A stretch of DNA of 63,421 bases, the filler included, from Reclinomonas americana ATCC 50394 (Eukaryota), in NCBI GenBank assembly GCA_048213135.1. It is 14 parts of 14 records of this genome, joined end to end, with 100 filler letters (N's around TTAATTAATTAA, not from the genome) between each part and the next. Parts side by side here need not be neighbours in the genome. Positions count along the whole stretch, not along the records: positions 52,142 to 58,162 come from AFZH01018279.1; positions 58,263 to 63,421 come from AFZH01018280.1; 12 more parts are not named here. One strand, 5' to 3'. The notes under the pieces were generated by a model, which saw only the letters and a program-made list of their open reading frames with translations, made no database searches and was not told the origin of the DNA. The translations under genes were made by a program, and so were the position numbers. Below are positions 52,481 to 63,421 of the stretch, piece after piece. The stretch's first letter is position 1, and every line of letters begins with the position of its first letter.

Positions 52481-54759
52481 TCAGGCACACAGGCATCGAT
52501 CCTGTCGCCAGAGCAGATTTGTGGGGCAGGTAGGCTTGCTGCATGTGTTGGTGGTCGGATCGTATGTGCTACCGCTGGGGCACTTGCACTGCAGCGTCGG
52601 GTTGGTTGACGGGATGCCGCCGGTTGAGCAGCGAGGACACGCTGTCAAGCGGCACGACTTGGAGGTGTTGTCCCTGTAAGTGTGGAGAACGGTCTGTGTG
52701 GAGTACGGCGATGGCAGACAGAAGTTGTAATGTGTCTCACCACTGTTGCTGAATAGTGTATGTACGGGGAGTTGATGTCGGCTGCACGCTTACAGTATTC
52801 CATTCACACTTGGAGGCGACAGTGTCGATGCCATCTGCGTGTAGTTGCAGTCGTTCAGTGTACATCAGTCGAGTGCAAGAGTTACATGATGATGAGTGCG
52901 TGTATGCCACAAGGCAGCGAGGGAAAACAGTGAAGAAAGAAAGGTGAGAGGCAGTACTTGCTCCCTTCTCTGCAGTACGAAACTCTGATCAAGCCAGCCA
53001 TGCATGTAGCGATCCGTGTGTGCCCCGGCAATCTGCGCCGTGAGCAGCGTAACGAGACTCCTGGCCTCCCAGTCAAAGGCCTCATAGTCCGTGTACGTTG
53101 CCGAGCACAGCTTCGCGTTCCCAGAGCGGAGGCAAGAGCGCGGCGAGATGACAGCCGAGTAAGACAGGCCCCATGGGATGGATCGGCTGATATTCTGCAG
53201 CTTGTACCACATGTGCGAGCGATATGCACACATGTGTCTGTGACCAGCGAAAGGTGTAAGTGAGTGACAGGTGGCAGAGAAACACCTCGCATGTGGAAGT
53301 GACGCAACGTGCACGAATACCGGAATCCACCGTATGTGTTGTCGCCAAAGTTTTTGTCTGCAACGTTCAAGACGGCAGTCTCGTCCACAATCACAATCAC
53401 ATGCACCGGCGTGAACGGCCCAATCGACGGCGGTGGAGCAAGGCCCATCTGCACAATGTGTCCAGATGTTTCCGACAGCACCTCACCGAGGTTCGTGCTG
53501 TTGTCGGCCAAGCAGATAATCAGGCTCTGCGACAGACAACTCATCAAAGTCAGCGCGAGCTGCTGCATTAATATTAATACTCCTGGCACTCGGGATGTAT
53601 GCACACCCAACTTCAATGTCGGCCTGCGTCACCAAACCGTCAGCTCCGTACGGACGACCGCACACCTTGCTCACATGGTGCGTCGAGTCGTTGGGGACGT
53701 TGGCGGGGTTCGTGCTCACTGGCGTGACGTACACCTTCGGCAGGCGATCAAGTGAGAGATCTTGCGGCCCTGCCGCACCACTCCCAGCCACGCTGTTGCC
53801 GCCGGGGTACTGGCCAGTCTGGATCAACTGTGTCGGCTGCGGATTGACATACTGATCAAGGAGCTTGTGGAGCTTGATGTTGGTGCCGTCGAGGTAGAGA
53901 TCAGCTAGAATGGTGGACACCAACTCGCGAGTAGTGGTGATGCCTTGCCAGTTGGTTCCCGACGGCTGTGCTGGGAATGTCTTGAAGTGGTCGCCCCAGA
54001 AGACAAGCTGATAGAAGATGGTGTCCACAACATTGGTGTTGTCTGGTGGGCGAACGAGGTTCGTCTGCACGCTGTTCAGAGGAGGGCGAGGTGGTGAGAC
54101 ACCGCTTGCTGGATTGATGTAGTGGAGCTTTGCTCGGTTGCCTGGGAGGAGAAGGAGAGAGAGGGAGAAGAAGAGAGAGAGGAGAGCGAGAGAGGGAGAG
54201 AGAATAAGTCGCCTAGTACCTGCAAATAATACTCACTCACATGTAGCACTCAACATGGGCACTGGGCTGGCGTGTTGTTCGAGTTGATGAGGTACGACAC
54301 GCCACCGGTGGCGGAGCCCGACACACCGACGCCCACTGGGCACTGGCCGGTAAGCGACACACTGCACGGCATTGCCGTCGGGCAGAAGCCAGCGCAGTAC
54401 CTGCCACAAAGAACCGGACAAAGTGAACATGACACCCGATGTCATCGTCATGCGTCTGCAGCCAGAAGGGACTGCACTGTACATTCGGGCGTTGGTGAGG
54501 AGGCGGCCGACAGAGGTAGCTACATACTGAGACTGAGCGCGGTGGTGCCAGCCATCTGGAGCGATAGCTGCGCTGGTTACACACTTGACGAGCCAGTTTC
54601 CAAATGCGGAGAAAATTCAGTTCTAGACGCGGCTTTCTGCTGCAAGCATCTTGCTGCGTGAGCAACGCAGTGGCTGGTGTGCACTGAGAGATGCGCAGAG
54701 CGATGGTGATGTTTCAGTAGCCAGGAAGAACACCAACAGCGAGAAAAAAAATTCGCCAT
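52481..54759 (-). CDS. Secreted PHI-1/EXORDIUM-like domain protein with Cys-rich termini
   Basis: Spliced product contains YQLVFWGDHF, MCAYRSH, SYSAVISPRSC..LC, SLVTLLTAQIAGAHTDRYMHGWLD and TVASKCEWN, matching the PHI-1 pattern (WxG; CAYH; LAHELAExxTDP..W.D..ADKCAW). It ends CKCPSGSTYDPTTNTC..CLCA-TGA at 52481. The start is uncertain. Confidence 0.6.
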
Positions 54760-55422
54760 GTGTTCGACAATGCAAAAACTCTGAAGGTCTACAGAGGGTT
54801 TACATAGCAAATTCATCCGTCGGACCGAACATCGCACGAACACAGAAGGCGAGCGAAGCCCCTCATCCCCTTGCGGACCAGAGGTCTGATAGAAACAGCT
54901 AAGGGCGAGACATTGCGGGCGAAAATAGGGAAAGAGACGACACCACTAGCGGTGGAGCCAGCAAACACTGTCCAAATGTCAGCTTCGGCTCAATTTGTCA
55001 AAACCTCCGGACAGATGTCCACAGTGTTTTTGTCGCACTGCTTCACTTTCTCTCCTATCAAAGTGGTGGATGTGGTAGGAGGATGTCTTGTGATCTTATC
55101 CGGACACGTTTCCGGCCGAAGGGAGCACTCATTCGTCTTTGCTGCCTTGCCGGACACGACGACCGTCAAAATGGCCGAAACTGCCGCCAAACTCGGTCAA
55201 CTTGGACACAGCAGTGCGCGACGCCAACTGATCGGTGACCACCGAGACGCATGTCATTCGATAGAGGAACATGTCGGGATACTGACCGGACACTTTTTGC
55301 AGTGATTATCATGGTGGCTACGCTCTATGGACAGCGTTTCGTCCAAGTGTCCGGGAAATCTGTCCGGTTCCAGTAGCAGGTACTGCGGTGATAGGCTTCT
55401 GCTGGCCGACGCCGACGGGTGT

Positions 55423-57552
55423 CTACGATCTCCCGTCGTTGTACAGTGTGTCGACCGGGTTGCAGAGTGAGGTGTTGATGACGCCGGAGTCGGTGTGGAA
55501 CTCGTGAGTGGTGGAGTCTGTGTTCGAACGAATGAATGACGGTCGCACTCTCTCTCTCTCTCTCTGAATGCACACCACGAACCGCCCACTGCCGTGGTTG
55601 ACTTGACCTCCGAGTCAGCATCGGCGCTGTCTGCGAGCAGGCATGGGCAACGCAAAGGAAAAGAGTTAGACAGTGAGTCGTTGACATGGCGCAGCGCAGC
55701 GCGCGCAGCCCATTATGTGCTTGTGCACGCCCGAGTACACATATATACTGCACGCTTAAACGCACCACTAACATCAAAGTGCACAATATACGCTGCGCAG
55801 CGGGCTACCTCCTCGGTGATAGAATTGCAAACAAAGATGTGGTAGGGAACGGGAAAACATGAGATGCAACATGCACGACGCAGCGCCCCAAACTCAACTC
55901 GGCACGTGCGGCTCCAGGTCCAACTTCGAAGTCAGTGGCACATCTACGTCTGCAAACCACGAAATCACAGATGTCAGTGTCGACAGTACAAGAGAGCCGA
56001 GGTGTGGCGATGTTCTTGACGTGTGCGCGACATTCTCCCGACGACATCTCACGCACTCGCAGCAAGAGCGCGACACACAGAGAAGTACGCAGGTACCTTG
56101 GCCAATCAGTGACAGTGAAACACGAACATAGTCTACGTCGACTGCGATGGGTTTCGCTGCCGCGTGCACCGCAACAATGCAGCCCCACGGCGATGCATAC
56201 AGATTCTTCCACAGAGAGAGAGAGAGGCGCAAAGCAAAGAGCAACTCAAACCTTCTGATGCAGTCGCGGTGCCGACGCACGCAAGAGCGGACAAACAGAG
56301 GAGAGCGAGGAGAAACAAAGCAGCAAAACAAGGTTTGCATGATTGACGGCAGAAATTAAACTTACTTTTTTTGTCTGCGCTGCACATCATATGTTTTGGA
56401 CATTGTGCAGGCACCGCATATTCACGGAAAACAGCCTGGTCGCAAAACATGACGTCGGAAATGCAACTCTCACCGCGATCCATGGTGCACGCGCAACGGT
56501 ACCGGTGGTGAAGGTGGTGGCGGCGATCATCCTCATGTACACGTGCGCGTCTGCGCAACATCTTTGCATTGGTATACAGAAGAGTGCTGTCGATTGGCTC
56601 AGTGTGTGCACAGTGAATGAGCAAGGCAGAATCACAGCTGCTGACTCTCAGCACTTGATCTCACACAGAACTCGTTCTCTCGTCTGTGCAGAAGATCTGG
56701 CAAACCACAGCCATTACAATGGTCGCCATCAGGCCTCGTGTACTCAACCAAAGGAAAGCCACGTTTAGAATCATGGCACACGTGTACGTGCTGGCGCTGT
56801 CGGACGAGCAATTGCAAGCGGGCGACTGTTGAAATAGTGTGAGTGAGAACGTTAACAGTCTCGATTGCAGCTCACTGCATGGAAGAAAGCGCACTGAAAT
56901 GAGCATCCGCCTCTCTCGTCGGAGAGCCGTGGTGGCAGAGGCAGTTTTGGCCACCACATTGTACGATTGAAGACCGGTGGCACTGAAGACTGATGATACG
57001 CCCGACAGCGAGAGCAGAGTAGAATGGCTGTCGGTGGTCGGAGCGTCTTGGAAACGGTACGTTTCTGGCAGTTGGCCGACTGTGGTGGAAGGAGGAGGAG
57101 GAGAGCAAACGCAAAAGTAAGGACTCGTACAAGTAGCGCAGAATCGCAACGCCATTGGCGAGGAGCTGCGGTCCAGTTGTTGCTTGGCGCAGTAAGCCTA
57201 TACGCAACAACAGTGCAAACGGCGTGCGCAGAGTGTTGTTGAGGGCGGACAGAGCGCCGGTAGTGATAAGTGCGGAGCTGGTGAGTTGCGAGAATGTGCT
57301 GATGAAGTTGCGTTCCGAGAATGACAACCGAAGTCACGTCACCGGCAGTGATGGTGCCAGTCAGTGGTACGTTGATGACAGTGGTGCTGGAAGATGTCGC
57401 CGTCGTGGGTGAGAAGGCGCTTTGCTGGAGGTGTGTGGAGTGAGGGCGAAAATCACACGGACACATGCATGGTGCGTACAGAGATGGTCACTCACTGCGT
57501 TTTGGGAGTCGGCGGTACACAGCACAGCAACGGCAACACACAGCACCATCAT
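55423..57552 (-). CDS. Hypothetical multi-exon secreted or membrane protein
   Basis: Signal-like MMVLCVAVAVLCTADSQNA then GTGAGT. Ser/Thr-rich exons. Last exons DSADADSEVKSTTAVG|DSTTHEF...NDGRS-TAG are phase consistent. Internal structure is only partly resolved. Confidence 0.5.
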
Positions 57553-57931
57553 CGCCGCCACCGCAAGTGGCGACAGCAGAGTACGGCGGACATTATCTCC
57601 GTAAGTTGAATGGTGAAAAAGAATCAAATGGCAATTGTTAGACACTGGTGTGTGCGCTCTCGATGTTATGCGTCTTCATAGTAGTGACAGATGGCTCACA
57701 ATGAGCGCGGGATGACAGCGTTGGTGCGCGACATAGATTTAAGCGCACTACAACCTGCCATCATGACATACTACATTCAACACTTCCTGTTTCTTGAAAA
57801 GGAAAGTAAATAGTGCATATTCACGCAGTTTGCGTTCGAGAAGAAGGGATAAAGCACCTGCGTTGTTTTTTCCTCAGAAACATGCTTCGTTGCCTGCTAC
57901 TCCTCTTGATTGCGGTGGTGTGTGGCAGCAG

Positions 57932-58407
57932 TCAGTGACTGACGACACCGATGGTACTTTTCATGAAGTGGTGGCAATGGAAATCCACAGCATGCAAGCG
58001 CACCAGGTCAGTGTGCGATTGCAAGAGAGAAGCTTGGAAAGAAGTGCCGAAGAGAGCGCGAGAAACGAAGAGAGAGAGAGGGAGGGAGGGAGGGATCGGA
58101 GAACATATGTGCATCTGAGAGTTGCAGATATTGATTACAAAGCAGTGCAGAGAGACAGAGACNNNNNNNNNNNNNNNNNNNNNNNNNNNNNNNNNNNNNN
58201 NNNNNNTTAATTAATTAANNNNNNNNNNNNNNNNNNNNNNNNNNNNNNNNNNNNNNNNNNNNGAGAGAGAGAAAGAGAAAGAGAGAGGAGAAGGAGAAGG
58301 AGAGGAAGGAGAAGAAAAAGAGAAGAAAAAAGAGAAGAAAGTTGTGCCCTTTCGTTCCAGTTTTATGTTGCGATGCGCAGCGCGCCCTATCCACTTCGCT
58401 CAGCACA

Positions 58408-58445
<38 letters not shown>

Positions 58446-59256
58446 TCCAACACACAGCATCAGGCGTTGGAGGTGAACCATCAGCATCTGACACGCACAC
58501 CATCGCCGACGATCACCGCACTTCTGATCATGAGGAAGCCTCTGACCTCCGCAGCGTACTGTCGCGCGCTGCGTTGGTGCTGGCACTGAAGATGAAGTGC
58601 TCTAACTTCTTTCCTAACAGCAGCAGCAGCTCTCTTCGCAACCATCTCGGCCACCACCACCACTATCAATGTACCGCTGATGTCGACTGGCTCGATTACC
58701 GTCGGCCTTCGCCGTGCTTGCCGCCGGTGCGGTGATGTAGAATGTGCCCTGCAAGTTGCCGCGTGCCACAATGCTTGTGGGCGAGTCTGCGCGAGTGATG
58801 ACCACGTCGGACAGCGACAGTTGCAGGGAGCTGCCTGCGTATTGACTCTCGTATGGCAACACGGCGATGCCGTCCGCCAGCATGCCGGGCGACGATTGCT
58901 CTTGCTCACTGTCAGAATGTACGACTTACGCAAGCTGTTGCTGTTGCTGGCCGATAGAGACATGGTGGTGGTGAAGGTGGCGCTGGTGGGCTTCGAGAAC
59001 TGGCGAATGTGCAGCAGCGTGTTCGGAACGCTGACGTCCACCACAGTGCGGCCACGGCCACCTTCCAGCTGAGTTGGTCGCAGGCGGTCGACGACACTTT
59101 CGTGGCGGGAGATCTGCAAGCACTACAGGATTCCAACCTGCTGCGCCTCGTGTTCACGTCGCTCACGGGTATTGGGGAGTGCAAAAACTGTCCGACAACT
59201 GATAACAATAATAATAAAAATAGAAACTTCACTGATCCATACACAACAATGAGCAT
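57932..59256 (-). CDS. Hypothetical secreted protein, apparent tandem paralog of 55423-57552 (interrupted by a gap)
   Basis: Hydrophobic N-terminus MLIVVYGSVKFLFLLLLLSVVG. IRQFSKPTSATFTTTMSLSASNSNSL resembles ISTFSQLTSSALITTGALSALNNTL, and PGMLADGIAVLPY resembles PQLLANGVAILRY, in the neighbour. Confidence 0.45.
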
Positions 59257-59466
59257 CTACCAGTGATCGCCAACTGCCAAGCAATGTCTAGCGTCAACAC
59301 ACAGAACTGCCCAGCTGCAGCAACAACCTACACTCATTGTGATGTGCTAAAAAGCGACCTATGCAGTACATGTGCGTGAGGCGTCCTTTCATCAGGTTAT
59401 ATTTGCATGGCACATGTGAACTTGTGTCGACCTTGGTGATTGTTGTATGTCGTGCTTGGCGACTAC

Positions 59467-59515
<49 letters not shown>

Positions 59516-59876
59516 GAGAGGAAACAGAACAATAAGAACAAGAACAAGAACAAGAATAATATGGAGAAGGAGGTGGAAGATGCATATGAGAATGTATGTG
59601 AACTTGTGAGTGTTGCTTGTCGTGCTTGGCGACTGCAGTCATGTGTGACAGTGCTCTACGAGAGAGAGAAAGAGAGAAAGAAATGCGCACACTTGCAACC
59701 TGTCCGCTTTCCTATCCTTCTCCACCCATAGCTGACACCATCTACTTCATTCACCTTCAAAAAACATTCAAAAAACAAAAAACTGCTACAAATGCATTGA
59801 TAACCAAAAGAAACAATTGTAACACACCTCTTCCCGCCCCCCTCTCCTCCCCCTTCTCCCCCACCCTCTCCTTCTA

Positions 59877-62800
59877 TCACACCACATCCGTCTCAAAACA
59901 AGCACCCCCCACCAAAACCACCGCCGACGGGGTCCTGTTACTCGCGGCAATCGCGATCGGCGATTCCTCCGCCACAGCCACAGCGACCCAAAGATAGGTC
60001 GGATAGGTGGTAGTCAGACTCGTCGTCTTCCACGTCGCGCCACCATCCGTTGATCGCTGAATGTTGGTACGATTGGGCGAGCCGGAGAGCCGCAAATAAG
60101 TCGAGTAAATAGATCCATCGGCAGCGCGGAGGGTAACGTCGGTGAAATAGCTGGAAAGCGAAGCATTGTCGATTCTGGTCCACGTCCTCGCGCCGTCGAA
60201 ACTCTCGCGAACTCCATTCACAAGTGCAGCAGCCAAGACGGTCGAACCGGTATGATCGACATGGAGTCTGTAAAACTGCGTCACATCAGCCGGTCCGCCA
60301 AGAGCAGTCCAAGTGACACCCAGGTCGGCCGACACGAAGTTGTGGTGGGAGTTGACTTGCGAGGCGTACAGCAACCGCCCGTCGCCGCTCAATTCCACGG
60401 CATTCACGTACGCGAACACACCCATGGGCAAGCTGCGCTGCGCCCATGTATAGCCACCATCCGTCGACACAGCAATGTCGTCATCGATGCCAGCAGCAGA
60501 GACGACCACTGTCGTGCCGTCCTCGCTCATCGTTATCGACTGGAAAGAGACGTTGGAACCGGTGGACACGCCAGTCCAAGTCGCCCCACCGTTCTCAGAG
60601 ATCCGAACGTCCACCGGCTTGGCTGTGGTGATGGCGGCCAGCCTTCCCCCGTCGGTTCTCATCACAACGGCGGCCACGAGCAGAGAAGCGGTGTTGCTGA
60701 GGACTTTCGTCCATGTCGCGCCCAGGTCTTGCGAAGTGAAAACGCCACCGGATGGGTCTGGATACGAGACAGCAAGGTTTCGACCACTGCGACTGGTTGC
60801 AACAGTCGGTATGTAGCCGGCCAAGACGCCGATCGGGGGGCTGAAGCGCTGCAGGCAAGAGGCCGCGCAGATTGCCACAGTCGCCGTCTGCTGCAAGCAC
60901 ACTTTTCCGCCCGTGCATGCCACCGTCACCGGCGCGCCATTGCATGAGAGCACGCTCATGCCGTCGGACGAGCACACTGACTCGCCGACGCCCAGCTGAC
61001 ACTGGCTGCAGTCCGATCCGAAGAAGCCAGTGGGACACTGCGGTGACGCACCGACAGTGACTCGGCCCACGGCGGTCCACGTGACAAGCGTCGTGTTGCC
61101 GGCTCCCGGATCCTCAGTGGCAAACGTAAAGCCAGTCACAAATGTCTCGCTGCCGACCACGTGCGTCTGCAACTCGAGCGAGCTGTTCAACACGTGGTGG
61201 CTGATCACGGCTCCGCCACCGGACTTGGACTTCCAGCCGCGCAAGAACAGCTGCGTCGATAGAGTATCGGCGAGCAGTCCATTCGGCGTGTCCACTGAAA
61301 TCAAGCTGACCGTGGCCGTGAGCGCATCAGAGGTGTGCGTGGTCTCTGTTTTGGTGGACAGGCGTGAGAGGTGCCTCCCAATCAAGCGAAGAGAGACACG
61401 ACAGCAGCACACGCACCACCAGCTCGCATGACAAACCCCGTACGGTTTGAAGCATCTTCACGAGCAGGGCCAAAGGCGACTCGCGCATACAGACGCTCTA
61501 CTTGCGCGTCGCCGGTGACAATGCCAAGAATGTCGCCTTGTGTGCGGCTGACAGATCCGTGTGACAGCACAACGTTGTCAGAGAGAGTGGCGGATCCACC
61601 AGAAACAAGCGACGACCGTCGTCTGGCGCGCACGCCAGTCAGTGCGACGGCCAGTGTTGGCACGGATGCAAAGGGATACACGGTCGACACATTGCGTCGC
61701 TTCATTGACCAAGGTAAGCAAAACACCGCGTAGTATAATGAAATACCCGATCACACTCACCACCAGCACAGACTTGTTGGTGGCTGCACTGAGCCAACCA
61801 TTGCTACTCAGTTGAACAGTGCGCGTGAGAGTGAAGGCGTCGGAATGATGCACATAGTACGCGAGGTACGCTGCACGAATATGAATGACGATCGTGAGCA
61901 CAAAGTATTATCGAGGGAAGTTACACCCCACACAGACACTCTGTCTCTCTCATTCTCTCTCAGACTCTGTCAGTCTCTCTCTCTCTCCCATATCTCTCTC
62001 ACTCTCTTTTTCTCTCTCCCGCCACCTCCGTCTCTCCCCCTCTCTTCTCTTGCACACGCACACATGCATACACCAAGCACGACGACGCACTCAATTCAAT
62101 CTGCGGCACGTCGACAGCGTCGGCACTGGACATCACCACACACGAGACCACCACCTTCTTGCTCGTCACCGCCGGCTCGCCACAAAACACACTGGTGTCG
62201 CCCACAACGTCACTTGCGTCAACACTCGTGTATCCAGTGAGCCCGACAAGTACTTGCGGTGTGGCGTAGAACGCACGCGCAAAAGTGAAACTCGTGGTCG
62301 TGCGGGTCGACACCACGCCGGCATTCGGCGTCGCCATGGTGCTGAACGCGGATCGCTGCTGCGAATCTGTACCGCCGGCGGTGACAGTTGACTGGGTGGT
62401 GCCCATGGAGGACAGCTGCAGTGCGGCGGAGCTGACCACCACCGGTACTTGTCCAACCAAAACCGAGTAGCCCGACACCAGCAACTGGCCAGTCGATGTG
62501 TACGGTCCGTTGTTGATGGCCACACACAGGTTGGCGGCGGCACCGCCCGTCGGTGAATTGGGGGTGATCGACAGGCTGAAGAGGGAGCAGCCACCGCCCG
62601 AGGTCGACTTGCACAGCGACGGACCGAGTACGCTCAACGAAGCGCCGACGCCAGTGAGCACCGAGTCGTAGATCGGCGTGTCGCTGCACTGCTGTCCGAT
62701 GGCCACTAACTTGAATGTCGTGCAGGAGTTGAAGCCGTTGGTGATTGAGCCAACGTGGACGGTGTTGGCACGTCCAAATGCAAGCACATGCGGGTTCACG

Positions 62801-63361
62801 AATGACACTGTTGTTGCTGACGATGAAGGCGGATCCACCAACATAATCGAGCTATTGGAGAGGAGGAGCAACGGCGAAGTGGCGGAGGTGGGATGGAATC
62901 TGTGAGTAGTTTAAAACATGGCCGAGGAGGGGTGAGTGAAAACAGGCACTCATCGAGAGACAGCTCATGCCGGCGACATTGACAGACCTTCCACACAAGT
63001 GGTACACGCCGGCGGGGGCCGCAAGACACGTGCCTGAAGCCGTGGTACCGAGCGACGGAGAGCCAATGTACGTCGCCGTAGCAACCGAAAAGATGACGGA
63101 GGTTTCGGTGACTCCTGCCGGGCCAAGGAAGACGGAAGTTGCTACCGCTGGCGAGCCGCTGCAATCGCTGGCGGCATACAGACCAAAGGAGCCCAGAGTG
63201 GGATTCCAAGTGACGAACGGAGGAAAATTGTCACCCTCAACCGTCAGCACAAGCGAAGCGTGACCAGTGTGCAGTACACTTGGAGTGCCGTGGGACTCAG
63301 CCAGCGTAACTGCATTCACGAAGAGCAATTCAGCAGCAACGGGGGATTGGCGGAAGAGCAA
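59877..63361 (-). CDS. Secreted modular protein: beta-rich modules + H-type-lectin-like repeats + EGF-like + BNR/Asp-box propeller (5'-partial)
   Basis: FTFARAFYATPQVLVGLTGY and YPFASVPTLAVALTGV (H-lectin-like). CPTGFFGSDCSQC. Asp-boxes TSQDLGATW, ISENGGATW, VSTDGGYTW, VSADLGVTW, ESFDGARTW and RSTDGGATW. Stop at 59877. Confidence 0.78.
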
Positions 63362-63421
63362 AGGGGGAAGAGCAGGGGGAAAGTAAGGAGGAAGAGCATG
63401 GGAGAGAGAGAGAGAGAGAGA

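Noticed and set aside
54248..54254. In-frame TGA after ...AQCPC suggesting selenocysteine or readthrough
   Set aside because: The TGA lies inside a GTTGAGT donor; splicing to 54141 restores CPC-NRAKLHY in frame.

Overview
Intron-rich eukaryotic (protist-like) draft scaffold, broken by 13 artificial 100-bp gap linkers (N44-TTAATTAATTAA-N44). Most short ORFs in the track are microsatellite or antisense artefacts; the real genes had to be spliced by eye, so exon boundaries are approximate. About 11 genes are visible. On the + strand (left ~39 kb): a giant NHL + PMP/beta-helix + Cys-rich multi-pass membrane protein, a secreted EGF + BNR-propeller protein, a beta-hydroxyacid dehydrogenase, an NLR-like gene, and a secreted H-type-lectin-like protein. 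On the - strand (right ~22 kb): a second PMP/beta-helix Cys-rich protein, a PHI-1/EXORDIUM-like protein, two related secreted unknowns, and a lectin-like + EGF + BNR protein. Two observations stand out. (1) The NLR-like gene has the architecture ubiquitin-like + HEPN-like (RxxxxH, putative RNase) + NACHT + pentapeptide + 14 near-identical WD40 repeats with hypervariable positions. (2) A shifted 5' splice-site motif, GTTGCGT, restores reading frame at about 19 inferred introns on both strands. No tRNA, rRNA or CRISPR array was seen. Domain names come from motif recognition only; no database search was run.
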